A stretch of 64,000 bases of DNA, taken from an uncultured archaeon (GTDB lineage Archaea; Iainarchaeota; Iainarchaeia; Iainarchaeales; 1-14-0-10-31-34). The translations under genes were made by a program, and so were the position numbers. Shown here piece after piece: positions 19,001-27,484 of the stretch. The notes beneath the pieces are model-generated. The model was not told the DNA's origin. It saw only the letters and a program-made list of their open reading frames with translations, and searched no databases. The stretch's first letter is position 1, and every line of letters begins with the position of its first letter. The stretch covers positions 1 through 64,000 of the forward strand of contig CAZSOZ010000003.1 in NCBI GenBank assembly GCA_964608675.1, in the 5' to 3' direction.

Positions 19001-22000
19001 TTGGAAAATAAACTGCTGTTGTTTCTGGTTTATCGCAGTAATCTAATGTTGTTTCGTTTTCCCATTTGCAGGGCTCGTTTTCGTTTCCGCATTCCCCTGA
19101 ACCTTTTCCTATTGCTATTTCTATTTCAAAAGGCATTGAATGAATTGTTTTTGCAGGCATTGATTTTTCTCCTATTCCTATTACTTTTATTTTTATTTTT
19201 TGGTTTGCTTCTGATTCTTTTGTCAGCCTTAAAATGAATTCATCTTTTGTTCCTGGAGGCAGAGTGTATCCTGAATCAATTAAAGTTATGTTATTTCCTC
19301 CGATTTTTTCCGGTTCAATTCCTATTATTCTTACTGGTTCAACGCAGTTGTTTACAATATTTAAACTTTTGTCTATTGAACCAAATTCTGCGTTCGGAGA
19401 ATTGAACAGCATGTCGTCTGACCATGCTTCCAAGCAACTCCAGCCTGCGCTTACATTTACAAATACATTTATTTCTCTTAACGCATATTGTCTTCCGTTG
19501 ATTGTTCCTGACACAATTATTTTTCCTGTTATTCTTTGGTTTTCTGATGTATTGGTTTCTGCTTGAATTACTGCAGGCGGAATTAATGCCATTCCTCTTC
19601 TTAATTCTGGAACATTTCTTCCTTCACTGTATCCATAACTTACTGTTATTTTTGTGTTTGCAGGTTTATTGAATTCTGTTGCAAAAGTTAAATTTGTAAT
19701 GTCTGCTAAACCTGTATTTCTTATATACAGCGGATGAACTGCTGTTGCTTTTTCTTTTTGTTTGCTTTGAGTCAGCCATAATACAACTGAAGGACTTGCT
19801 TCTAATGCAAACATTTCATGCCATAAAATTATTCTTGCAGGAATGCTTTTGGTTAACTGCCTTGACGCCAAAAACAAATCGTAATCTAATTCATTTTGTC
19901 TTGCATAATTTCTTTGTATTTTGTTTATTACTCCTATTTTGATTGTTTTTACTTCGTCTTTTGCTATTTTTATTGTTCCTGAACTGAATTCTATTTCTTT
20001 GTCTGAATGGTTTTTTGGATGAACTTCTAATTCAAACTGCAGTGCCTGATTGCAGTTGTTTTTTAATCCTAATTCAAGTTCTTTTGAATTGCCTCCTGCT
20101 CCAATCAAGTATTCTTTTAATTCTGTTTTATCAAATTCAAGGCAGTCTTCTTTGAGTTTCTGGTTGTAGTTTGCTTTAATTTTTGTTTTTGTTTTTATTG
20201 GAATTCCTTCAATGAATCCTGTAATTATTATTTCTGCTTCTCCGTGGAATACTGCTGTATTTGTTCCTGAATACTCTAATATTATTTCTGTCTGGTTTTC
20301 TTCTTTTGCTGAAAGAACTGCAGGAGGATTAACGCTTAACTTAAATTGTTTTGGGAAATTTCCTGAAGGAATTATTTCTGCAGTAATTCCTTCAATTGTT
20401 TTTTCAGTTAAATTTTTTATTTGAATTCTTTTTGATGTAAACAAGTCTCCTGAAGGAATATTTATTTCTGCTTCTGATTCTATTTCAAGTCCTTCTCCAA
20501 ATTCAATCTGGAGTTCTTTTTCTTTTGTTTTAAATTTGTCTGCTTTTATTTTAATTAAATAATTTCCTGCTTCAAGATTGTTTTCTATTCTGTATTTTCC
20601 GTTTCTTCCGTTTAATTCGTTTCCTGTAATTGTTTTTTCAAGCCTTCCTTTAATATTATAAAATTCTATTTCCGCGTTTTCTATTCCTTTTCCCTGATTG
20701 TCTTTTACGTTTATTTCAAAATCCTGTCCTTTTCTTGCTGTTTCTGGAGCTTGTATTTCCATTTTCTGTTCTTCAAATACTTTAAAATAAAAGTTTTCTG
20801 TCATTGAATCTTTTGGAGTCAATGCAATTGATTTAATTGAACTTTCCCCTGTTTTTTTTGCTTTAAAGTATACTCTTATTTTTGTTCCTTCTCTTGAAAT
20901 AATTTCCTTGAATTCAATTGAAGTATCGCTTTTATTGTTGTCTATAAACTGGCTGAATGAATTAACTTCTTTTCCTGTAAAACCTATTTTTGGGTTTTCT
21001 TTTGAAGTAGTAATCCTGAAAGTTGTTTCAACTGAAAGTCTTGCTTCTGCATTCATTTCCAGTGCATAAACTTTTCCTTTTACTGCAAAAAAATCTTTTT
21101 TGTCATATACTCTTTCGTCTTCGTCTTTCAAAACATATTCAATGCATGCTTCTTCCATGCATTCAGGTTCTGAATCATAGACTTTTATTTCTATTTCTTT
21201 TGTGTCTGCATATAATGCTTGTTTTTCTTCTGTGGTTTTTTCTTTTTCAAGAACTTCATCAAAGGGATTCCTGTAATAGTATCCGTCTGCATAACTCCAT
21301 GCCCTGAACTGCATTCTTATTGTTTGATGTGAAATTAATTCTCTTGCTTTAATTCTTACTTTAATTATTTTTGTTCCTTCTGGTTCATTGAAATATAATT
21401 CAATAAACTTGTTTAGTTTTCCTCCTTGTCCTGAATTAGAGTAATCTATTTCCTGGTAGCCCGGGGAAGGATTTGGAGTAAAGCTTCTTCCATAAAAATA
21501 CTTGTTTGTTGGTGCATCAAATCCTGTTATTCCTATGTCTTCAGAGTCAGCGTATTTAATTGAATCAATTCCTGTTCTGAAATGAATTCCTCCTGATTCA
21601 AGGCCTTTGCTCCATTCAGTTTTAAATTTTAAAATGTAATCTTTTCCTTTGGTTATTCCTTCAACTTCGTTTCCTGCAATATCATATGCTCCTAAAAATT
21701 CAATGTTTGGAGTTTTTTCTGTGTATTTTCTTGCATCTAAATCAACTTCAATCTCTGTTTTGCCTTCTAAGTTTATTTCTTCTGAGTATTTTGTTCCATC
21801 TTCTTTTGTTAATTCAAATTCAACAAAATTGCTTTCTCCTGCTTCAAATAAAATTTCTTCTTCTATTTCTCCGTCAAATAATATTTCTCCTGCCTGATTT
21901 TTAATTATCAGTGTTCCTTTTGTTATTTTTCCTTGTGCATCAAAAAATTTAATGCTTTTAACTGAATCCTTTTTTTCCAGTTTTATTATCATGTTGTTAT

Positions 22001-23495
22001 TGTTTTGTGATTTTATTTCAAGGGATTGTGTTCCCTGAAGCAAATCTTTTACTGCTTTAACTGTTATTTCTGCATCTCTAGGTACAGTTAAAGTGAATTT
22101 TCCGTTTTCGTTTGTTTTTTTTGCTTCGATTCCAAGAGGAACAAAAAATGCTTCATTTGAATCTCTTTTAGTAAAATAAAGTGTTGCGTTTGCAACAGGT
22201 TTTTCATTAAAGTCAACTACTATTATTGCTAATTCTCCTGAATTTTTTGCTGTTGCTTTAGTTAATTGAATTATTTCTGTTTCTTTTTCTATTTTTTTTG
22301 TTTCCGGAAGATATCCTTCTTTTTCTGCTCCTAAATAATATTCTTCTTCTTTTTCAAGTCCTTTGAATTCAGTTAACCCTTCATACAAAGTCGTGCTGGA
22401 ATTAATTATTTTTTTTTCTGAATCAAACAAAGTTATTTTTGCACCAACTGCAGGATTTTGTGTTTCAGCATAAACTGCTTTTATTTTGATTTCTTTTCCG
22501 CCTTTTTCTAATTCTACTGCGCCTAAATTTTCTTCTTCGCTTCTTAAAGTAAATTCATTTGATTCAAATAATTTGTAGCCTTCTTTTTCTGCCGTAAATC
22601 TTACTGCAATTCCTTTCGGAAAATTTTCAGAATAAACTCCTTCTGAAATAATTTTTTCGTCTATTAAGTCATTGCTTTCTGCGTCATAAACTTTTATTTT
22701 TGCGTTTTCAATTAATTCTCCTGTTTCTTTGTCAAACAAAGTTATAATCAGATTGCTTTCTCCTTCAAATGCCAGTTCTTTTGGGTTAAGGTAAATTGAT
22801 TTTGTTTCTTCTGATTCAAATGAAATTACTCCTGTGTGTTCATAATACGAGTCTGCTTCTGCTGTAATATATATGTCTTCTTCTAATGGCACATCCAAAA
22901 ATTCAATTAATCCTTCTGAATTTGATACTGCGTCTTTTATTATTCCTTTCCATTCAATTGATGCTCTTACATTTGAAACAGGGGTTTCTGTTTCATAATC
23001 ATAAAATTTTATTTTTGCTTTAATTGTATTAATTATTTTTTTTAAATTTAATTCTGCTGTTTCTTTTTTGTTGATTACTTTTATTTTTGTTTCATCTGAT
23101 TCAAATCCCTGTTTTTGTGCAGTTATTGTGAGTTCTGCTCCTCCTTCTACCTTTACTTCAATCAGGTCTCCATTGTTTTTTATTCCTTTAAATATTTCTT
23201 TTTCTGTTGAATCAACTATTTTTATATTCACCTGGCTTAATCCTTTTCCGTATGAATCCACTAAATTTAATTCAATTTGCGCATCAAAGTTTGCTCCAAT
23301 TACTCCAAAGCCGAACACAACAAACAATAAAACTGCAATTAATGCAATGCTTAAAGGAAAAAAGGGAATTCCTTTTTCTTCTATTGGATCGATTAATGTA
23401 TAAACAGGAAGCCCTTTTTCTTCAAGAAAATCAAAGACTGAATAAAACTTGTCTTCTATTTCTGTGTATATTTTTCCTAATGTTTCTGAAATCAC
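16050..23495 (-). CDS. Giant membrane-anchored surface protein (2481 aa), paralog 3, with C-terminal Gly/Ala-rich helices flanking a basic domain
   Basis: GTG start; same N-terminal motif (EDKFY..PVY.LID..PFF) plus TM; Ig-like repeats; GIHFRTG, RNPFDE..KQALYA and YCDAQQ motifs. Confidence 0.85.
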   Translation of the reverse strand: MISETLGKIYTEIEDKFYSVFDFLEEKGLPVYTLIDPIEEKGIPFFPLSIALIAVLLFVVFGFGVIGANFDAQIELNLVDSYGKGLSQVNIKIVDSTEKEIFKGIKNNGDLIEVKVEGGAELTITAQKQGFESDETKIKVINKKETAELNLKKIINTIKAKIKFYDYETETPVSNVRASIEWKGIIKDAVSNSEGLIEFLDVPLEEDIYITAEADSYYEHTGVISFESEETKSIYLNPKELAFEGESNLIITLFDKETGELIENAKIKVYDAESNDLIDEKIISEGVYSENFPKGIAVRFTAEKEGYKLFESNEFTLRSEEENLGAVELEKGGKEIKIKAVYAETQNPAVGAKITLFDSEKKIINSSTTLYEGLTEFKGLEKEEEYYLGAEKEGYLPETKKIEKETEIIQLTKATAKNSGELAIIVVDFNEKPVANATLYFTKRDSNEAFFVPLGIEAKKTNENGKFTLTVPRDAEITVKAVKDLLQGTQSLEIKSQNNNNMIIKLEKKDSVKSIKFFDAQGKITKGTLIIKNQAGEILFDGEIEEEILFEAGESNFVEFELTKEDGTKYSEEINLEGKTEIEVDLDARKYTEKTPNIEFLGAYDIAGNEVEGITKGKDYILKFKTEWSKGLESGGIHFRTGIDSIKYADSEDIGITGFDAPTNKYFYGRSFTPNPSPGYQEIDYSNSGQGGKLNKFIELYFNEPEGTKIIKVRIKARELISHQTIRMQFRAWSYADGYYYRNPFDEVLEKEKTTEEKQALYADTKEIEIKVYDSEPECMEEACIEYVLKDEDERVYDKKDFFAVKGKVYALEMNAEARLSVETTFRITTSKENPKIGFTGKEVNSFSQFIDNNKSDTSIEFKEIISREGTKIRVYFKAKKTGESSIKSIALTPKDSMTENFYFKVFEEQKMEIQAPETARKGQDFEINVKDNQGKGIENAEIEFYNIKGRLEKTITGNELNGRNGKYRIENNLEAGNYLIKIKADKFKTKEKELQIEFGEGLEIESEAEINIPSGDLFTSKRIQIKNLTEKTIEGITAEIIPSGNFPKQFKLSVNPPAVLSAKEENQTEIILEYSGTNTAVFHGEAEIIITGFIEGIPIKTKTKIKANYNQKLKEDCLEFDKTELKEYLIGAGGNSKELELGLKNNCNQALQFELEVHPKNHSDKEIEFSSGTIKIAKDEVKTIKIGVINKIQRNYARQNELDYDLFLASRQLTKSIPARIILWHEMFALEASPSVVLWLTQSKQKEKATAVHPLYIRNTGLADITNLTFATEFNKPANTKITVSYGYSEGRNVPELRRGMALIPPAVIQAETNTSENQRITGKIIVSGTINGRQYALREINVFVNVSAGWSCLEAWSDDMLFNSPNAEFGSIDKSLNIVNNCVEPVRIIGIEPEKIGGNNITLIDSGYTLPPGTKDEFILRLTKESEANQKIKIKVIGIGEKSMPAKTIHSMPFEIEIAIGKGSGECGNENEPCKWENETTLDYCDKPETTAVYFPKQSENCGQGYCDAQQLGRFLAEKIEEELRKAQLRISDVKSVENLGAKCNLIEDYCSFGAMGITTESFEFYFKNDNLTTSMLESEIKKLGAKEIQSLYIRHGETEQELYSTAGKSFGEHLLLLPSIRGCGRYQAKFIGAVAVNGNEIRKDSVSLLLKIEGSREETPECYNRIQNFMNFLPVNEDYSPSRRNGSWLGLIIRNPEIEELQKSFSKTLFKDNQGARVTQNQENNLIRVSKGSFDQTKGIVKIEIERSGASNTPKQIDVYITDKYFNSSEEIQNDIAGEAGLIISNLKNGKIEQGCISSEMDYLILGSVKNISEIANLKWIETENFVNLYPNAENCVDLKMSSKLNAPEAELSLDFVNENLQGIQKNETVFKYSDGREITNKGETEFNLNNVEWKEAGTNYEFEFKLCFTGSENPRLAKNSKLKLNVTGLKEKTLQFGVCSISPIEFIERSKEISKPGNYYATIDWKGEPNKIPFEVLMNAYYLKHPKESPSAQRQSQINERKAWGLVGYGIGSIAGFAITAAATGGTLGAGMIAKEMLFGTAPAIGIAAFSSGKEVKEITENSFKTGLKSIGIDAGELEEVQKGTGLSNDEFFRETVKLHAINQGAKETIKNVLPLSEEAKKAKETADALASIGDKELIDEFSLIKKDISGYNGAKKTLTKTEITKIGTYADTAKPIKVPGFRKTIDVAGKRFIEIKVPITGSKRILIEGITDPNYTGFDSAYDELIKAIGKTRVQGRGINAQMFVDETFRNTVGGLGSGRNPSFIIDGIAGDAETGLIKRIEDWGAKVDAKANPATPEGKKLLEMKNKFVDKTVDDISQAKKTIKAPSGASQKAITKQLGQEQAVSKQTKLEAFSAKNPKWSRLAKGLLRSGGTMAGGIAGWMLANALMGDYDKINEPEAELNAIEFEKGKTYKVKIKAGYNTGKPIYTYSEVASENLANIKNSERLDSDSCESEPEMLSQELIEIYQKAIKEKNE

Positions 23496-23587
23496 GTTCT
23501 GCCTCTAAAAACCTTTAATAGTTATGAATAATTAGTTTTTAATAGTATTTAAATCTAGCGCGGTTCTTTAATAAAAACCAAAAAAAC

Positions 23588-24094
23588 TTATATTTTGTTT
23601 TTAATGCTTTCAGGAATTCCTTTGACTGACAAATAATACCATGCAAAATAGTATCCTGCAATCAACACAAACAATGAAATCCTGAACAATAAATCGTGTG
23701 CTAATTCAATTGTCTGCAAATCTGTTTTTTTAATCAAAAAAACAGTAATAATTATTCTTGCAGTATTAAACAAAAAGGTTGTAATGCCTGCTCCGATTAC
23801 CCCGATTGCTTTTTTTTCTTTTGTTATTTCTCCTGTTGCAATTACTGCTGAAGCCAGCACAATGAATTCCATTAATCCAGTGCATAAATAACTAATTTGA
23901 ATTGAATAATTTTCAAACAAAATTAAAACAGGTTCCTGAAAAACAATTTTTCCTCCGGTAAAAACTGCAACTGCTTTTGCAGTAATTAATTCAATCCATT
24001 CCAAAGGAATAAATGAAATCAAAAAAGAAAGAAAAACATAAAAGAAAACCAGAATTAAAACAAACTTTCCTACCTGAACTATTTTTTTGTCCAT
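23588..24094 (-). CDS. Exosortase/archaeosortase family transpeptidase (short form)
   Basis: Multi-TM protein with Cys-Arg-His triad motifs ISYLCTGL, FNTARI and LAHDLLF. The ATG at 24094 (MDKKIV) is the likely start because it avoids overlap with the divergent gene. Confidence 0.8.
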   Translation of the reverse strand: MDKKIVQVGKFVLILVFFYVFLSFLISFIPLEWIELITAKAVAVFTGGKIVFQEPVLILFENYSIQISYLCTGLMEFIVLASAVIATGEITKEKKAIGVIGAGITTFLFNTARIIITVFLIKKTDLQTIELAHDLLFRISLFVLIAGYYFAWYYLSVKGIPESIKNKI

Positions 24095-24149
24095 TAAATT
24101 TAATTTAATCAGCAAAGTATTAAATATTCTTTTTTTTATAATTTTTTGC

Positions 24150-25145
24150 ATGGCTGGAGTAATTGATTCATTTGCATTCATTCTAAAAAAAAGCTTTGAC
24201 TTAAAGTTATGGCTTTATTTTCTGCTTATTTTAATTATTGCAGTTGTTTCTTTTGGAATACTCTTTTTTGTTTTTCTTTTTATTGGATTTCTTTTATTTT
24301 TAATTCTGCAGTTTTCGCTTGCAGGATTTTTGTTTTATTTTATTTTTTTTATTTTGTTTTTGGTTTCAATGTTTGCTTTGGGTTCAGCGGTAAATGGAGT
24401 TTTATTGAATTTTGCAAGAGATTACATTCATTCAGGCAAAATCGATTTAGGGCTGGCTTTCAATAAAACTAAACCAAGAATTTTCACTGCAGTTAAAGTT
24501 GAGGTAATTGTCGGAATTTTCTTTTTTGCAGTTTTTTTATTATTTTTTCTTCCGTTTATTTTTTCTTTAATTGAATTAATTAATACTGCTTCTCTTAGAT
24601 TTCTGATTGCGCCTAATTCATCTCAAATGCTTTCCCTGTTTTTTTCTGTTTTAGGTTCTCTTTTGCTGGGTTTTCTTTTGTATGGAATTTTCAGCATTAT
24701 TGTTGCTCCGTTCAGCATTCTTTACAGGCAGATTCCTTTTTTTGAATCCCTTTCAGCGGTTGATTCAATTAAAAGAGCAGTTTTTCTTGCAAGAAAAAAT
24801 TATTTTTCTAATTTAGGTTTTGCGGTTCTGGCTTTCATTATTACAGGTGTTTTTACTTTTGTTTACATGATTTTTTCTTTTGTTTTAGCTTTAACTAATG
24901 CAAGTCAGATTATATTTCTGATAATACTTGCAATTTTTTTAAGAATAATTTTAGAGTTTGCTTTTGTTTTGTGGACTACGGTTTTTAATTATCTGGTTTA
25001 TGTTAAAGTTTATGAATTCAATTCAACTGAACAAAAATTTTTTCAGCCGAAAACTTTTCTAAAAACAAAACCTAAAACAAAATCAAAATCATTAAAGCCA
25101 AAGCCTTCAACAAAAACCAGAGTCAAGCCCGGCACAAAAAAATAA
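24150..25145 (+). CDS. Multi-pass membrane protein with Lys-rich C-terminal tail
   Basis: Several hydrophobic helices; likely start ATG 24150 (MAGVIDS); sits directly upstream of the ATPase. Confidence 0.7.
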   Translation: MAGVIDSFAFILKKSFDLKLWLYFLLILIIAVVSFGILFFVFLFIGFLLFLILQFSLAGFLFYFIFFILFLVSMFALGSAVNGVLLNFARDYIHSGKIDLGLAFNKTKPRIFTAVKVEVIVGIFFFAVFLLFFLPFIFSLIELINTASLRFLIAPNSSQMLSLFFSVLGSLLLGFLLYGIFSIIVAPFSILYRQIPFFESLSAVDSIKRAVFLARKNYFSNLGFAVLAFIITGVFTFVYMIFSFVLALTNASQIIFLIILAIFLRIILEFAFVLWTTVFNYLVYVKVYEFNSTEQKFFQPKTFLKTKPKTKSKSLKPKPSTKTRVKPGTKK

Positions 25146-25161
25146 ATCCTTTTTTTTTAAA

Positions 25162-25178
25162 GAAAAGACTTTAATATA
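25162..25178 (+). promoter_or_regulatory. Putative BRE/TATA promoter of the ATPase operon
   Basis: GAAAAGAC-TTTAATATA about 27 bp upstream of ATG 25205. Confidence 0.5.
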
Positions 25179-25204
25179 ACTTTCACCTATTTTTTTAGGT
25201 TTAA

Positions 25205-27484
25205 ATGAAGATTGGAAACTTTGAAGTAGGAGATTATGCTGTTAAGGAATCAGGCGGAAAACGTCATTTAATTTTTGACTGCAGAAACTGCGTTTATTCT
25301 TCTTCTTTGACTGATGATAAAGCATGCCGTTATCATGTTATTTCTATTTTATCTCAGATTGAAGCAGACTTAATTGTTTTGGCTGAAGTTTATGAAAGAG
25401 TTTATAACCAGCATCAAACTAAATTGCTTAAAGAGATTGCAGAACTTATCCCGCGATTTGAATTAGAAAACTTGTGGGGTGTTGAAAATTTAGGTGAATC
25501 CGGAACCGAATGCGAAAAATTGTTTGGATTAAGGCATGATCTTTTAGTAAAAATTTCGCATGACTTAATTGCATTTGATCCAATACTTTCTTACATTACT
25601 TTGCTTTCCGAAATACAAAAAGAAAAACAAAAAATGAAAAACGAGAATTATGCTTCCTGTTCCAAACCATTCATTCAAACTTTATTGTATTTAAAACAGG
25701 AATTCGAAAAAACTGAATTGATTTCAAAAGCAAAACAAATTATTGCAAAATTAGAGGAAATGCCTGACACAAAACAATTATATTACTCTTTTTTTGAAGC
25801 TCAAGTCAAGCCTTCTTTTATTGGTTCAAGATTAATGTTTGAAAAAGCAGAAACACTTGAATTATTGGATGAATATTCTGTTAAAAAATCCAACGTGCAA
25901 ATTTTTAAGCATCCGAACAAAGTTGAAAAACTTTATTTTTTGAATCCGCCTGAATATACTTTGCCTCCGGAAAAATATTTTGTGTTAAGCAAAACAAAAG
26001 AAATTGTTGCCACTTATCAGCCCGGCAAAACTTCTTTGTCAACTATTGCCAAAAGCAGAAAATATTTTGAAAGAGTTTATGAATCAACTATTTTTGATAT
26101 TGCAAAACAAAACAATATTTCTTTGTCTAAAGAAGAAGTAAAAGAATTAAGTGAAATTGTTGCAAGATATACTGTTGGTTACGGAATCCTTGAAATTTTG
26201 TTGAGCGACAGAAATCTTACAGATATTTATTTGGATTCTCCGATAGGACAAAAACCTTTGTATGTTGTTCACTCTGAATACGGCCAATGCCAAACCAACA
26301 TTTTGTATACAGAAGATGAAGCTGAATCAATGGTTTCAAAATTAAGGGCTATGTCAGGCAGACCGTTTGATGAAGCGCATCCTGTTTTGGATTACGATTT
26401 GCAGGAACTGGAAACAAGAACTGCTGTAATTGGAAAACCTTTGGCTCCTGATGGAATTGCTTTTGCTTTTCGTTTGCATAAAATGACCCCATGGACTCTT
26501 CCTCAGTTTATTGACAAAAAATTTATTTCTCCTTTGGGAGCAGGCCTTTTGTCTTTTTTTATTGACACTCAGTCAACTATGCTTGTAACTGGTTCTCGTG
26601 GTTCTGGAAAAACTTCTTTGCTTGGAGCATTAATTCTTGAAATTTTGCAGAATGCAAGAATTATTGTTCAGGAAGACACTTTGGAAATTCCTGTTTCTTA
26701 CATGAAGGAAATAGGCTTTAATATTCAGAGAATGAAAACAAGGGCTCCAATTGGTACAGCTAAAAGCGAAACAGAAGTTTCTCCTGAAGATGCTTTAAGA
26801 ACTGCGTTAAGGCTTGGTGATTCTGCTTTGGTTTTAGGTGAAGTTCGTTCAACTGAAGCAAGAGTTTTGTATGAAGCAATGCGTGTTGGTGCAGCAGGAA
26901 ACATTGTTTTGGGAACAATTCATGGTGATTCAGCTTACAGTGTATGGGACAGAGTTGTAAATGACTTGAATGTTCCAAGCACTTCTTTTAAGGCAACTGA
27001 TATAGTTGTTGTTGCCCGTCCAATTCGTTTTGGGGGCTCTCTGGAAAGGCAGAGAAGAGTAGTTCAATTAACTGAAATAAAAAAGGAATGGATTGAAGAC
27101 CCTTTGCATGAAGGAGGCCTGCTTGATTTAATGCTTTTTGATGCATCAAAAAACAAGCTTGAATTACAGGAAGACAATTTAAAGGAATCAACTTTGTTTG
27201 ATAGAATCCATAAAACTTATGGTTTGAGTATGACTGAAATGTGGGATTCAATTAAAATGAATTCAAATTCCAAGGCTTTTATGGTTGAATTAAAAAACAA
27301 ACTGGGTTTCCCTGAATTGCTTGAAGCAGAAAACACTGTTCCTGCAGTCAACAAATTAATGTTAATGAAACAAAACCAGCTTGAAGAAAACGGTTCAGTT
27401 GACTTTGAAGAAGTTTTAGGCAAATGGAAATTCTGGTATAAAAATGATTTCGTTAAAAGACTGCATTCAAGAAGGAAAAAATAA
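25205..27484 (+). CDS. Type II/IV secretion / type IV pilus assembly ATPase (VirB11/TadA/FlaI superfamily) with N-terminal Cys-containing extension
   Basis: Walker A GSRGSGKTS, Asp box QEDTLE, Walker B region ALRLGDSALVLGEVR, His box GTIHGDS; N-terminal CRNC..C. Confidence 0.92.
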   Translation: MKIGNFEVGDYAVKESGGKRHLIFDCRNCVYSSSLTDDKACRYHVISILSQIEADLIVLAEVYERVYNQHQTKLLKEIAELIPRFELENLWGVENLGESGTECEKLFGLRHDLLVKISHDLIAFDPILSYITLLSEIQKEKQKMKNENYASCSKPFIQTLLYLKQEFEKTELISKAKQIIAKLEEMPDTKQLYYSFFEAQVKPSFIGSRLMFEKAETLELLDEYSVKKSNVQIFKHPNKVEKLYFLNPPEYTLPPEKYFVLSKTKEIVATYQPGKTSLSTIAKSRKYFERVYESTIFDIAKQNNISLSKEEVKELSEIVARYTVGYGILEILLSDRNLTDIYLDSPIGQKPLYVVHSEYGQCQTNILYTEDEAESMVSKLRAMSGRPFDEAHPVLDYDLQELETRTAVIGKPLAPDGIAFAFRLHKMTPWTLPQFIDKKFISPLGAGLLSFFIDTQSTMLVTGSRGSGKTSLLGALILEILQNARIIVQEDTLEIPVSYMKEIGFNIQRMKTRAPIGTAKSETEVSPEDALRTALRLGDSALVLGEVRSTEARVLYEAMRVGAAGNIVLGTIHGDSAYSVWDRVVNDLNVPSTSFKATDIVVVARPIRFGGSLERQRRVVQLTEIKKEWIEDPLHEGGLLDLMLFDASKNKLELQEDNLKESTLFDRIHKTYGLSMTEMWDSIKMNSNSKAFMVELKNKLGFPELLEAENTVPAVNKLMLMKQNQLEENGSVDFEEVLGKWKFWYKNDFVKRLHSRRKK

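Noticed and set aside
114-23518. Dozens of 60-220 aa plus-strand ORFs rich in F/S/I/L opposite the giant genes
   Set aside because: Antisense shadows of K/E/N-rich coding sequence (GAA/AAA read as TTC/TTT); they lie opposite well-supported genes and show no recognisable motifs.
24087-24181. Apparent head-to-head overlap of the archaeosortase and membrane-protein ORFs
   Set aside because: Resolved by downstream starts (24094 minus, 24150 plus), leaving a 55-bp divergent promoter region.
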